A stretch of DNA of 64,000 bases. Origin: an uncultured Verrucomicrobiae bacterium. Its GTDB lineage: Bacteria > Verrucomicrobiota > Verrucomicrobiia > Chthoniobacterales > Chthoniobacteraceae. The notes under the pieces were generated by a model that was not told the DNA's origin, did not search any database, and saw only the letters and a program-made list of their open reading frames with translations. The number at the start of each line of letters is the position of its first letter. The stretch's first letter is position 1. Of this stretch, positions 51,024 through 62,100 are shown piece after piece. The stretch is taken from NCBI GenBank assembly GCA_963828525.1, contig CAWHEP010000012.1:1-64000 (forward strand), read 5' to 3'. The translations under genes were made by a program, and so were the position numbers.

Positions 51024-51284
51024 ATGGCGCATAAGAAAGGTCAGGGAAGTGTAAAGAACGGTCGCGACAGTGTCAGCAAGCGGCTCGGCGTGAAGAAATT
51101 TGGCAGCCAGGTTGTCATTGCCGGCAACATTATTGTTCGGCAGCGCGGGACAAAGTTTCTTCCGGGTCGCAATGTCGGGTTGGGACGCGACTACACCATC
51201 TATGCTCTCGTGGACGGGGTTGTCCGTTTCGACTACGGTGGTCGGAGGGTAAACGTGGATGCTGCTCTGGCTGGCAGCAACTAG
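51024..51284 (+). CDS. rpmA: 50S ribosomal protein L27
   Basis: [27 protein letters not shown]. Confidence 0.98.
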   Translation: MAHKKGQGSVKNGRDSVSKRLGVKKFGSQVVIAGNIIVRQRGTKFLPGRNVGLGRDYTIYALVDGVVRFDYGGRRVNVDAALAGSN

Positions 51285-51339
51285 CAAAGACCGAAGGCGC
51301 GCACAGCGCTCTCGTCTCTAGCGCGAGCCAGCCTCATCC

Positions 51340-51810
51340 GTGTTCAACGTTGTCCTTGTTGAGCCGGAGATTCCTCCCAATACCGGTAATATTGGACGGC
51401 TCTGTCTCGCAACGGGCGCGACTTTGCATTTGGTGAAGCCCCTCGGGTTTTCGCTAGATGATCGTCAGTTGCGCCGGGCTGGGTTGGACTATTGGGATAA
51501 AGTTGCCCTGAAAGTTTGGGAGTCGCTTGAGGCGCTTCAGACGGCCCTGCCACCGGCGGCTCGGTGCTTCTTCCTTACCACAAAATGCTCGCGGCCTTAT
51601 TTTGAAGCCCGGTTCTTGAAAGATGATTATTTGTTTTTTGGGCGCGAGACCCGCGGCCTGCCCGTGCCTTTGCTGGAAAAACACATGGACACCGCTTTGA
51701 CTATTCCAATGGCTTTGGAAGCCCGAAGCCTTAATCTCGCGACAGCGGTTGCCATCGTGCTTTTCGAAGGCATGCGGCAACTGCGCCCTTCCCATGAATC
51801 CGGCGCCTAA
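51340..51810 (+). CDS. trmL: tRNA (cytidine/uridine-34 2'-O)-methyltransferase
   Basis: EPEIPPNTGNIGRLC, RRAGLDYW, FGRETRGL, RSLNLA. Confidence 0.93.
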   Translation: MFNVVLVEPEIPPNTGNIGRLCLATGATLHLVKPLGFSLDDRQLRRAGLDYWDKVALKVWESLEALQTALPPAARCFFLTTKCSRPYFEARFLKDDYLFFGRETRGLPVPLLEKHMDTALTIPMALEARSLNLATAVAIVLFEGMRQLRPSHESGA

Positions 51811-52495
51811 GGGTGAAATCATGCAGCTCCGAGCGACGAATCTGCGGCGCTCGTTCAAGCTGGGATCACGCCGCATAGAAGTGCTCCGGGGTATCAGCCT
51901 CGACGTGGCGCGCGGGGAAGCTGTCTTTCTCTGCGGAGCTTCGGGCGCCGGCAAAACAACTTTGCTTTACACGCTGGCCGGTCTTGAAAAACCCGAGTCG
52001 GGTGAGGTTCTTTTCGAAGGCGCGTCCCTGTACGCTGGAGGCGACAAAGGCCGCGCCAAACTCCGCAACAAGCGGATCGGGTTTGTCTTCCAAGGCTATT
52101 TTCTTCTTCCGGAGCTGACCGCTTTGGAAAATGTGATGCTGCCATCCATGATAGGAGGCAATCCCGACCCGGCGACGGCGGAGGCGCTGCTAGGCCAGGT
52201 CGGGCTTGAGGATCGGTTCCATCACATGCCGCCGGAACTCTCCGGCGGCGAGCAGCAGCGCGTGGCGATCGCGCGAGCTTTAATGAACGATCCAGTCATC
52301 ATCTTTGCCGATGAGCCGACCGGAAACCTCGACTCCGCCACAGGCGAGGGCATTTTCCAATTGCTTCTTGCCTTGGCGCGCGAAAAGCAGAAAACATTGG
52401 TGGTGGTTACACATGACTCCAACCTCGCGCGGCGAGGAGATCGCTTGCTCGTGATACGGGATGGTGTGCTCGAAACCGACGAGGCGGTATCCTAG
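51794..52495 (+). CDS. ABC transporter ATP-binding protein (LolD-like)
   Basis: GASGAGKTT, GFVFQ, LSGGEQQRVAIARAL, ADEPTGNLD, VTH. Confidence 0.88.
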   Translation: MNPAPKGEIMQLRATNLRRSFKLGSRRIEVLRGISLDVARGEAVFLCGASGAGKTTLLYTLAGLEKPESGEVLFEGASLYAGGDKGRAKLRNKRIGFVFQGYFLLPELTALENVMLPSMIGGNPDPATAEALLGQVGLEDRFHHMPPELSGGEQQRVAIARALMNDPVIIFADEPTGNLDSATGEGIFQLLLALAREKQKTLVVVTHDSNLARRGDRLLVIRDGVLETDEAVS

Positions 52496-53371
52496 ATGAA
52501 GATTTACATAGATGGAAAGTTCTTCCCCCAGGAAGACGCAAAGATCTCCGTGTTTGACCATGGCCTGCTTTATGGCGACGGCGTGTTCGAGGGCATTCGC
52601 TTCTACAACGGGCGCGTGTTCGAGTTGACTGAACATATCGATCGGTTGTTCGATTCCTGCCGCGCGATCTGCCTCCAGCCAAACCTCTCCAAAGAAGAGA
52701 TCACCCATGCCACGCTCGAGACCATCCGCGTGAATGGCCTCAGGGATGGTTACGTCCGCTTGCTCCTGACTCGGGGCGTTGGCAATCTTGGTCTCTCACC
52801 GGAATCCTGCAAGACGCCCACGCTCATCATCATTGCAGATCGTATCTCACTTTACCCCCAGGAGGTTTATTCTTCCGGCTTGAAGGTGGTCACGTGCGCC
52901 ACCCGGCGTATGGCTCCGGGTGCTCTTAGCCCGGCAATCAAGTCGCTCAACTATCTCAATAATGTCCTGGCGAGGATTGAAGCTGGGCAGGCGGGCGCTT
53001 CCGAGGGGCTCATGCTTAACGAGCAGGGATATGTCGCGGAATGCACGGGGGATAACGTCTTCATTGTAAAGAAGGGCGAAATACTGACGCCGCCCGTCAG
53101 CGCCGGCGCTCTCGGTGGCATTACGCGCCGCGTCATCTTCGATATTTGCTCGAAGGAAGGCCTTCCGGCGAAGGAGCAACAGCTCACCCGGTACGATGTT
53201 TTCACCGCGGACGAATGTTTCCTTACCGGCACAGCGGCCGAAGTCGTGCCTCTTGTCATTCTTGATGGGCGTCCCATTGGAGATGGCAAACCTGGCAGGA
53301 CGACCGGGTTATTAATCGAGCGCTTCCGTCAGTTGACACAAGCCTCGGGTACGCCGATTTATAAGGACTGA
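52496..53371 (+). CDS. ilvE: Branched-chain amino acid aminotransferase
   Basis: DHGLLYGDGVFEGIR, KSLNYLNN, GITR, TGTAAE. Confidence 0.92.
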   Translation: MKIYIDGKFFPQEDAKISVFDHGLLYGDGVFEGIRFYNGRVFELTEHIDRLFDSCRAICLQPNLSKEEITHATLETIRVNGLRDGYVRLLLTRGVGNLGLSPESCKTPTLIIIADRISLYPQEVYSSGLKVVTCATRRMAPGALSPAIKSLNYLNNVLARIEAGQAGASEGLMLNEQGYVAECTGDNVFIVKKGEILTPPVSAGALGGITRRVIFDICSKEGLPAKEQQLTRYDVFTADECFLTGTAAEVVPLVILDGRPIGDGKPGRTTGLLIERFRQLTQASGTPIYKD

Positions 53372-53417
53372 CGCGACGCGGCAACTTTTCCCGCGCCCGT
53401 CCTTCTAATCTGTAAAA

Positions 53418-53909
53418 ATGGTTTGTGACGTTTGCAAAGCCAATCAGGCGACGGTTTTTCTAACACAAATCGTGGATGGCAAAATGCAGAAGGTAAACCT
53501 CTGCGAGTCCTGCTCCAAGGAAAAGGGGGTTACGGACCCGACGGGCTTCGCGCTTGCTGACTTGTTGCTGGGCCTTGGCGCTGCTCAGGAGATAGAAAAG
53601 GGGAGTTCGGTTCAGAAATGCCCGGTGTGCGGCTTTAGCCAGGCTGACTTTAAAAAGACGGGGCGCCTGGGTTGCGCGGAGTGCTACCAGACCTTCTCGG
53701 AAGGGCTCGGCTCGCTGCTGAAGGCGATGCACAAAGGCACTATGCATCTGGGCAAGATCCCCGCCCGGCTCATGCGGACACTACAGATTGATGCTGAGAT
53801 GAAGAGTCTTGAAGAGAGCCTTGAAAAGGCGGTCCGGGCGGAAAACTATGAGTCTGCTGCGGAAATCCGCGATCAGATCAAGGATCTTGGGACAAAGGCG
53901 GTAAATTGA
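53418..53909 (+). CDS. mcsA: McsA (CxxC motifs + UVR domain)
   Basis: CDVC, CESC, CPVC, GRLGCAEC, ENYESAAEIRD. Confidence 0.92.
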   Translation: MVCDVCKANQATVFLTQIVDGKMQKVNLCESCSKEKGVTDPTGFALADLLLGLGAAQEIEKGSSVQKCPVCGFSQADFKKTGRLGCAECYQTFSEGLGSLLKAMHKGTMHLGKIPARLMRTLQIDAEMKSLEESLEKAVRAENYESAAEIRDQIKDLGTKAVN

Positions 53910-53922
53910 GCCATCTTCCATT

Positions 53923-55038
53923 GTGAAGATTTCAGGTCTCTTCTCTGCAGGCGGCGAATGGACGCGGGGTGAAGGCCCTCATCATCAGATTGTCATCAGC
54001 AGCCGGGTGCGCCTTGCCCGCAATCTGAAGAGCCACGCATTCCCGGGCTGGGCAAAAAAAGCCGAACGCCTGCAGATTCTGGAACGCATCAAGCCCACCG
54101 TGGAAGTCCTGCCGGAGATGCAGGATGCCTTTTCGGAATACCTTCAGGATCTCACCGCGCTGGAGAAACAGGTGCTGGTCGAACGGCATCTGATCAGTCG
54201 GGAACACGCCGCGAAAGGTCCTGGGAGCGCGGTCGTCATTAACCGGAAACAGACGCTGAGCATCATGATCAACGAAGAGGATCACCTCAGGATGCAGGCG
54301 CTCCGTTCGGGATTGCAGCTCAAGAACACGTTCAAAATGCTGGATAAAGTGGACAGCGCGCTGGAGGGGAGTCTGGATTTCGCCTTTCATCCCCAGTTGG
54401 GCTACCTCACCGCCTGCCCGACGAACGTCGGCACAGGCATGCGCGCCTCCGCGATGGTGCATCTCCCCGCCCTGGTGCTCAGTGAGCAAATAAACCAGAT
54501 CATTCAGGCTGTGAATAAAATCGGGCTGGCTGTCAGAGGCTTGTACGGGGAGGGGACGGAAGCGATGGGCAACCTCTTTCAGGTCTCCAACCAGACGACG
54601 CTAGGGGAGAAGGAGGAGGAGATTGTCGGAAGGCTTAACAAGGTTATTGAGCAGGTCATTGAACACGAGCAAAACGCGCGCCAGTTGTTATTGCAGAAGA
54701 AGCTGAGCACCCTCCGCGATCAAGTAGGGCGCGGTTACGGGGTATTGACTCACGCCTATTCGATGACTTCGAAGGAAGCGTTGAATCTGCTCTCTTTCAT
54801 CAAGCTGGGCATCGACCTTGGCTTTTTTCCCGAAGAGTGCGCCCCGGCTGTGGATGAGCTCTTCATCGAAACCCAGCCGGCGCATTTGCAGAAGAGTTCG
54901 CAACAGAAGCTCGCGGCGGAGGAACGCGATTCCCTGCGGGCCGATATTATACGCGAGAAGTTGAAATCATTCCCAAAACCTGATATACCTAATGCGGGGC
55001 CTGCGCGAAACGGGCCGAAAGAAAAAGATGATGAATAA
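53923..55038 (+). CDS. mcsB: Protein arginine kinase McsB
   Basis: SSRVRLARN, NEEDHLR, CPTNVGTGMRAS, RGLYGEG. Confidence 0.94.
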   Translation: MKISGLFSAGGEWTRGEGPHHQIVISSRVRLARNLKSHAFPGWAKKAERLQILERIKPTVEVLPEMQDAFSEYLQDLTALEKQVLVERHLISREHAAKGPGSAVVINRKQTLSIMINEEDHLRMQALRSGLQLKNTFKMLDKVDSALEGSLDFAFHPQLGYLTACPTNVGTGMRASAMVHLPALVLSEQINQIIQAVNKIGLAVRGLYGEGTEAMGNLFQVSNQTTLGEKEEEIVGRLNKVIEQVIEHEQNARQLLLQKKLSTLRDQVGRGYGVLTHAYSMTSKEALNLLSFIKLGIDLGFFPEECAPAVDELFIETQPAHLQKSSQQKLAAEERDSLRADIIREKLKSFPKPDIPNAGPARNGPKEKDDE

Positions 55039-57502
55039 CTTCACCCCGAGAGCTCAACAAGTTTTGGCGCTGGCGAGGAAAGAAGCAGATCGGTTCAATC
55101 ACAATTATGTGGGAACCGAGCATCTGCTGCTCGGTCTCATCAAGCTTGGTCAGGGCGTCGCGGTGAACGTGCTCCAGAAGATGGGACTGGACCTTGAAAC
55201 GGTCCGGATGGAGGTGGAGAAGCAGGTTGGCTCCGGTCCTGAGACCAAGATGGTGGGCAATATTCCTTACACCCCGCGTGTCAAAAAGGTGCTGGCGCTT
55301 GCCGGCAAAGAGGCAAAGCTTCTCAACCATTCCTATGTCGGCACCGAACATATCCTGCTCGGCCTGCTTCGCGAGGGCGAAGGCGTGGCGGCCAGGGTAT
55401 TAAAAAACCTCGAAGTTGATATCGAGAGAACTCGCAACGAGATCCTAAAGGAACTCGATCCAAATTTCACCCCGCCCGAGGTCGAGCAGGAGCAGCAGTC
55501 TGACTCTGCTAAAAAGGACGTCAAAACGCCAGCCCTTCGCGCTTTTGGGCGCGACCTTACTGAACTTGCCCGCAAAGCGGAGTTGGATCCCGTCATTGGC
55601 CGCAAGAATGAAATCGAGCGCGTGATTCAGGTGCTTTGCCGCCGCACCAAAAACAATCCGGTTTTGTTAGGCGAGGCGGGTGTTGGCAAGACCGCTATCG
55701 TGGAGGGCCTCGCGCAGGAGATTGCCTCAGGCAATGTCCCAGAAATATTACGCGATAAGAAGGTCATAACCTTGGATCTCGCCTTGATGGTTGCCGGCAC
55801 GAAGTATCGCGGCCAGTTTGAAGAGCGTATCAAAGCCGTCATGGATGAAATACGGCGTACGAAGAACGTCATTCTCTTTATTGATGAGTTGCACACCATC
55901 GTGGGCGCGGGTTCAGCCGAGGGTGCCATGGACGCGTCCAACATCATCAAGCCAGCCCTCAGCCGTGGCGAGTTGCAGTGCGTGGGCGCCACAACCCTCA
56001 CTGAGTTTCGCAAATACATCGAGAAGGATGCCGCGCTTGAACGCCGGTTCCAGACGGTCAAAGTGGAGGCGCCTAACGTTGAGGAGACAGTGCTGATCCT
56101 AAAAGGGCTGCGTCCGAAATACGAAGCGCATCACAAAGCCAAGCTTACGGACGAATCGCTCGAAGCAGCCGCAAAGCTTTCCGACAGGTATCTGACAGGG
56201 CGGTTCCTCCCTGACAAGGCAATCGATGTCATGGATGAAGCGGGGTCACGCGCGCGAATCGGGGCCATGACCCGTCCTCCGGATGTGAAGGAGATCGAAA
56301 AAGAGATCGAGGATATCCGCGCCGAAAAGGAAGCCGCGATCAAAGCGCAGGACTTTGAGAAAGCGGCAGCCCTCCGCGATACCGAGAAACAGGCGAAAGA
56401 CAAACTCGAGCGCATCCTTACCGAGTGGAGAGAGCAGCGGGAGGAGAAGGAAGTTGTCGTCACCGAAGAGGACATGATGCACATCGTCGCAAAATGGACA
56501 GGCGTCCCTTTGCAGAGGATGGAGCAAAAAGAGACTCAGAAGCTGCTCATGATGGAGCAGGAACTGAAGCAAAATGTCATTGGGCAGGACGAAGCCGTCA
56601 TCGCGCTCAGCAAGGCGCTCCGCCGCTCTCGCGCGGATCTGAAGGATCCCAAGCGGCCGATTGGTTCATTTATATTTCTCGGCCCAACAGGCGTGGGAAA
56701 GACTTTCCTCGCTCGCACCCTTGCGGAGTTTATGTTTGGGGATGCGGATGCTCTCATCCAAATCGACATGTCCGAATACATGGAGAAGTTTACCGCTTCC
56801 CGTCTCATCGGATCACCGCCGGGCTATGTGGGATACGAGGAAGGGGGCCAGCTATCCGAAGCTGTGCGACGCCGCCCTTATGCTGTGGTTCTTTTCGATG
56901 AAGTCGAGAAAGCGCATCCCGATGTCATGCACCTCCTGCTCCAGATCTTGGAAGAAGGAAAGGTGACCGACAGCCTTGGCCGCAAAATCGATTTTCGCAA
57001 CACGATCATTATCATGACGTCAAACGTGGGCGCGGAGCTCATCAAGCGTCAGACGACTTTAGGCTTCGGAGCCGCTTCGCGTGACGAGGAAGCGTACGAG
57101 GTCATGCGCGAGAAGATTCTCGATGAATCCAAACGTGTGTTTAAACCGGAGTTCATCAACCGATTGGATGATCTCATTGTGTTCCACACGCTTACAAAGC
57201 CCGATCTGATGCGGATCGTTGATCTGGAGGTCGCAAAGGTCACCAAGCGCGTCAAGGTTAAGGAGATAGACATCCACCTCGACCAGACCGCGCACGAGTT
57301 TCTCATTGAGAAGGGTTACGACCCGGCCTATGGCGCGCGTCCAATGCGTCGAGCTGTCGAACGATTTCTGGAAGATCCGCTTGCGGAAGAACTCCTGCGT
57401 GGAAACATCAAAGCGGGCGATGTCGTCATGGTCAACGCCGCTGGCGGGAAATTGGTCTTCAAGTCTCCTGAACCCGCGGAACCGGCGGGCCAGGCTAGTT
57501 AG
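55028..57502 (+). CDS. clpC: ATP-dependent Clp protease ATPase ClpC
   Basis: Clp-N repeats, [11 protein letters not shown] domain, [21 protein letters not shown]. Confidence 0.96.
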   Translation: MMNNFTPRAQQVLALARKEADRFNHNYVGTEHLLLGLIKLGQGVAVNVLQKMGLDLETVRMEVEKQVGSGPETKMVGNIPYTPRVKKVLALAGKEAKLLNHSYVGTEHILLGLLREGEGVAARVLKNLEVDIERTRNEILKELDPNFTPPEVEQEQQSDSAKKDVKTPALRAFGRDLTELARKAELDPVIGRKNEIERVIQVLCRRTKNNPVLLGEAGVGKTAIVEGLAQEIASGNVPEILRDKKVITLDLALMVAGTKYRGQFEERIKAVMDEIRRTKNVILFIDELHTIVGAGSAEGAMDASNIIKPALSRGELQCVGATTLTEFRKYIEKDAALERRFQTVKVEAPNVEETVLILKGLRPKYEAHHKAKLTDESLEAAAKLSDRYLTGRFLPDKAIDVMDEAGSRARIGAMTRPPDVKEIEKEIEDIRAEKEAAIKAQDFEKAAALRDTEKQAKDKLERILTEWREQREEKEVVVTEEDMMHIVAKWTGVPLQRMEQKETQKLLMMEQELKQNVIGQDEAVIALSKALRRSRADLKDPKRPIGSFIFLGPTGVGKTFLARTLAEFMFGDADALIQIDMSEYMEKFTASRLIGSPPGYVGYEEGGQLSEAVRRRPYAVVLFDEVEKAHPDVMHLLLQILEEGKVTDSLGRKIDFRNTIIIMTSNVGAELIKRQTTLGFGAASRDEEAYEVMREKILDESKRVFKPEFINRLDDLIVFHTLTKPDLMRIVDLEVAKVTKRVKVKEIDIHLDQTAHEFLIEKGYDPAYGARPMRRAVERFLEDPLAEELLRGNIKAGDVVMVNAAGGKLVFKSPEPAEPAGQAS

Positions 57503-57542
57503 CTGGAAGCGCGATCTCGCTCCACCCAGTTAAAGCCGAGGA

Positions 57543-58190
57543 TCATTCGGTGGCTGGGCCCATCCGAGACCCCGGCTTATGTCCTTCGTTCGTAGCCACC
57601 GCTCCAGTCCAGTCGGCTCTGTGAAATCCAACGAGAGCCGCAATCGCAAGAGGGGGGATCAAGGACGGAACGGTAAGCACGACAAATAACGAAAAAAAGC
57701 GGTCGAGGATCCATTCCACCCACCCCGGCAATAGCGGAAGCTGCAATTCTGGCGCCTGATTGATCTCGTGAATAATCGTCCCGATAACCACTGCGGTGAG
57801 CCACAAGTGCATCAGTCCGACCCCTAACAGTAGCGACTTCATTTTCGCAAGCAATCTGGTGGGCGCCGCGAGCAGCACTGAAACCAGCAACGCCGTCGGC
57901 AAATAGCAGATATCCCAAGTGTCGAAAAGCGCTGTCCGCACCGGTTGACGCGCAAGCAGTTCCTGCGAGCGGTTTGCAATCACGATGCTCGTGTCGAACG
58001 TGTCCCCTGGCGGTTGTGGCTCAAACCGGATCTCCGCAGGGATCCTTTCATGGTACAAAGCCGCGTTCAGGACGCTCCGGAAAGCCGCGGAATACGCACC
58101 CCGTACACCGGGCCATGGTGACACCAGCAGCAAATAAATGCCCAGGCATCCGCCGCAAAAGTAAGTCAGGGGATGCTTCTCGCGAGTCAT
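57543..58190 (-). CDS. Exosortase-associated membrane protein (XrtH-associated-like)
   Basis: ATGA overlap with exosortase stop; N-terminal TM, loop, then YLPTALLVSVLLAAP...LLGVGLMHLW multi-TM; no catalytic triad seen. Confidence 0.6.
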   Translation of the reverse strand: MTREKHPLTYFCGGCLGIYLLLVSPWPGVRGAYSAAFRSVLNAALYHERIPAEIRFEPQPPGDTFDTSIVIANRSQELLARQPVRTALFDTWDICYLPTALLVSVLLAAPTRLLAKMKSLLLGVGLMHLWLTAVVIGTIIHEINQAPELQLPLLPGWVEWILDRFFSLFVVLTVPSLIPPLAIAALVGFHRADWTGAVATNEGHKPGSRMGPATE

Positions 58191-58807
58191 TGCGTCGGTG
58201 TCAAAACCGCGGGCCCGGGCGTGACGTCCTGACGCCGTGCCCACTGCGCCCAATAAATCAGGGTGATGACTACCATCACCGCCGGCCACACCTGGGCGTG
58301 GGTCACGTCGAAATTTGACGGCCAGCGCGTCTTCAAAAGGTAAAGGCTGATCACGCGTAGCAAATTGACAATGTTCAGAAGCGCAAATCCCCCAGCGAGC
58401 GCGATCATCCGGCTTCGCCATCTCGCGGGGAAAGCAAGTATCGCGCTTCCCAGCAGCAGAAGAGGCTCGAAGGCGTCGCAGCCTCGTCTTACCGCCACCC
58501 CGCCATGCGCCGAGGTGAGCACCGCCCCCTGTACATGCGCATCCTCCCCGCAAACCCTCAGCACCCATCCTGCGCCCGCTGCCGTCCAATGAAGCACAGA
58601 CCCATAGACACCCCCCTCCAGTCCCGGATCGCGGGGATTAATCGTGAACAACAGCAACGCCCCGGAAAGCGCCGCGAAACGCGCGAGAAATTGGAGGAGC
58701 GGCACCCGCTCGCGGTACCAGCGAACCAATGCGCCCCCGTCTGCATTCTGACCTGGCAGGGCCTTTGCCTTGCCGGATCTCTTCTTGCTGGCGCGTGTCG
58801 CTCTCAC
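58187..58807 (-). CDS. Exosortase/archaeosortase family protein (XrtH-like)
   Basis: Cys-Arg-His triad context: VRRGCDAFEP, AILAFPARW, NIVNLLRVISLY, FDVTHAQVWP; start (GTG 58807) uncertain. Confidence 0.82.
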   Translation of the reverse strand: MRATRASKKRSGKAKALPGQNADGGALVRWYRERVPLLQFLARFAALSGALLLFTINPRDPGLEGGVYGSVLHWTAAGAGWVLRVCGEDAHVQGAVLTSAHGGVAVRRGCDAFEPLLLLGSAILAFPARWRSRMIALAGGFALLNIVNLLRVISLYLLKTRWPSNFDVTHAQVWPAVMVVITLIYWAQWARRQDVTPGPAVLTPTQ

Positions 58808-59154
58808 CAAGTCCCACTCTACACATTGTGAGGCGGCGGCATACGCCAGATTTCCCCCGAAATAGGTTCGGAAAAATTGCACGCGCGCCTGCGAAAGTGC
58901 GGTGCCCGCCAAATATTGGGAGGGAAGACACCCCGAGGCGTTCGCAGCCGCGCGCGTCCGCGGTTTAGCCGTTTCGCTGTTTTATTCAGTCCCGCCTGAC
59001 CTTTCCTGCCGTCACGCTGCGGCTCCCGTCCTCCGCGCCGATATGAAGCGACTTCGGGGGTGAGGGTGTGCCATCCGTGGCCCCGCAGCTTTAGGCCCGG
59101 GAAACTCCCCGCCTCCAGACCCGTGAGGATTGTGGGAGTGAATGTTACGTTCTG

Positions 59155-62100
59155 GTGACATCGACGATTCGCCTTGCCGCGCGAAGCTCCGGGCGTATTC
59201 TTCGCGACGTAGCGTCGATTCACAGGACTCCCCAGACCTTGCTGACCCCCTCCCACCTTGCCACGGCGCGGCGCTTCATTTGCCTTGCCGCTTATGCTTT
59301 CATGCTGTTTGGCGCACGGGAATCCGATGCGCAAAGTTCCCCTTTTGTCGCGCAGGCGATCTCGGGATCGCAGGTCAGCCTGACTTGGACCACGTCAGGA
59401 ACCGCAAGCACGTTTTCTGTAGAGCGCAGAGTCGGCTTGACCGGGGCGTATTCCGTGATTGGGACCACGTGCGTGGCGCAGTACCTCGATCATCCCCTTG
59501 CTGGCCTGGGGGCTAATCCCCTGCTGCTGAGCGGTTCGACTCCGCTTTCACCCGATGAATCCTCGAATCGGGTGACGGTGAATGTTTACAACGACGCTCC
59601 CGGCGCGAGCATTTGCGAAACGACCTCAGAAACGCTGGCGGGAGCGCTTGTCTCGCGGCAATGGTTCACGGGGCGCGGCGCTGACAACGCGGTGACCGAA
59701 ATTACCGCGCGCAATGCGAATGCGGGGGTGTCTGATTCCACGAATCTCGTCTCGAAGACGGCGTATGTTCCGGCCGGGAATGGCGATCTCTCGGGCTTGC
59801 CGCAGTGGATCGTGCATCCAGATCAAACGATGACGATCTATGCCTACAACGAGACGGGAGGCATGCGGACGACGACCGTATCCACTGGGCAGGCGGATAC
59901 TCCCGCCACCCCGGCAACGGCCACCATCGTGGATGGCACCCGCGTCATCACCGAACTGGATGCCGCCGGGCATGTGCTCTCGGAGGAAACAGATGACATC
60001 GCCTCCGGTTTGCAGATCGAGACCAGCCAGGCGACACAATTCGACGCGTTTGCCCGGCCCACGCGGGTGGAGTATGGCGATGGGACGTTCGAGCTGACCA
60101 GCTACGGCTGCTGCGGAGTCAGCAATCGCACAGACCGGCTTGGCAACACGATGGCCTGGCAGTATGACGATCTGAAAAGGGTCATCAACGAGACGACAAA
60201 CGGACTGAGCAATGTTTATAGTTACGACGCGGCGGATCAGCGTCTGACGACGACTCGCGTCGGGACCGATGGAAAATCGATGCTGACCGAGAGCGATTCA
60301 TATGATCGCGCGGGCAGGCTCATCCAAACCGTGGACGCGCTGGGGAACAAGACGGCATATGGCGATGTGCTCGCGGCAGGAAGCGGTCACCGCATCCGGA
60401 CAACCACTCTGCCAGACGGAAGCGCGCGGGTGGAGGAATCGTATCCGGATGGCGAAGTCCTGAGCGTGGGAGGGAGCGCCGCTCACCCGGTGAGCTACGC
60501 TTACGGGGCGGACGCGGACGGGGTTTACACGCAGGAGTTCGCGGGCGGGGCCGGTTCGGCGCAGTGGACGAAGAGCTACAAGGATCTGGCAGGTATGCCG
60601 ATCAAGACGGTGTATGCGGATGGCGCTTCCGCGCAGACGGTTTTCAACAACCTTGGTCAACTCAGTAAGCAGATCGATCCCGATGGCGTCACCACGCTTT
60701 ATCAATACAACGGCAAGGGCGAGCAGGAGTATGCCGCGGTGGACATGGAGGGCACGGGTGCCATCGACCTGAATGGCACGGATCGGGTTACACACACCCA
60801 CAGGAGCGTGGCGAGCCATGGCGGGGTCATCGTGCAGCGGACAACGACGAGCGCGCTAAAGACGAATGGCGCGCCGGACGAAACAATCGTCTCCGTGGAA
60901 GACAGCGCTTCGGGTGGTCTGAAAACCTGGAGCACCCGGTTTGGCCTTGTGACAACCAGTGTCACCGCGGTTTCGGGTACCAATCGCACGGTGACAACGA
61001 CCAACCCGGATGGATCGACGGCAGTGCAGACTTACGCCAATGGGCTGCTGTCCTCGGAGACGCGAGCGGATGCGAGCGGCAACGCGCTTGGCGGCGTCAC
61101 CTATCAATATGACGGATTTGCCAGAGTGGCGGGAGCGACGGATGCCCGCAATGGGCAAACCGTGTACGCCTATTTCGACAACGGTGCGGTACGGAGCGTC
61201 ACCACACCGCCCGCCGATGGGAACACCGCCGCGCAGACGACCTCGTACACGTACGATCAGCTTGGCCGGAAGGCGTCTGACACGCTACCGGATGGCGGCA
61301 TTGTCAGCTACCACTATTTCCCGACAGGCGAGTTAAAGGACACCTCCGGGGCGCGGACGTATTCCGTTTCGTACACGTATGATTCGCAAGGACGGATGAA
61401 GACGATGCTGGCGGGTTCTGGGACGACCACCTGGAACTACGATCCGGCGCGCGGCTGGTTGACCGGGAAGCTTTATAATGACGGCACCGGGCCGTCGTAC
61501 ACCTACACGCCTGCTGGCAGACTCCTGACCCGCGCATGGGCACGGGGGATCACGACGACCTACGGGCATGACGGCGCCGGGTCGCTGACAAGCGTCACTT
61601 ACTCAGATGGGGTGACGCCAAATGTCACCTATAGCCTCGACCGGGTTGGCAGGCTAGCAAGCGTGAGTGATGCGGCGGGCACCCGCGCGCTCAGCTATAA
61701 GGACGACGGCCAGCCGAGTACCGAAAGCTTCACGGCTGGGATGTTCAGTGGAATGAGCATCACAAGCGGATATGACAGCCTCTTGCGGCGAAATAGCTTT
61801 CAGGTGCAGACATCCGGCAGTTCGATGGTGCAGCAGAGCTTTGGGTACGACGCGGCCTCGCGGATGGCTACCGCGACGGAAGGAGATCATGCGGCCACGT
61901 ATGCGTACGTGGCGAATTCAGGTCTGGTCGGGCAGGTCACGTTCAGCCACGCCAGTTCTGCGGTGATGACCACAAGTAAAGCCTACGACAACCTGAACCG
62001 ATTAACCTCGATCGCCAACGTGCTGGCTTCGGGCTCGACAGTCGCAAGCACGAGCTACACGTACAACGCCGCGAACGAGCGGACAGAGGCTAAGCTCGCA

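Noticed and set aside
53418..57502. mcsA-mcsB-clpC without ctsR as a novelty
   Set aside because: This arrangement is already known in PVC bacteria such as Chlamydia.
57543..58589. 348-aa ORF as called in the track
   Set aside because: Its first ~130 codons overlap the exosortase in another frame; the ATG at 58190, coupled to the exosortase stop, is the more plausible start.
59040..59140. c-di-GMP-I riboswitch on the minus strand upstream of the exosortase
   Set aside because: Only a partial resemblance (CCGGGCCTAAAGC..CACGG); the GGCAAAC/GAAA-tetraloop arm is missing. An Infernal/Rfam scan would be needed.
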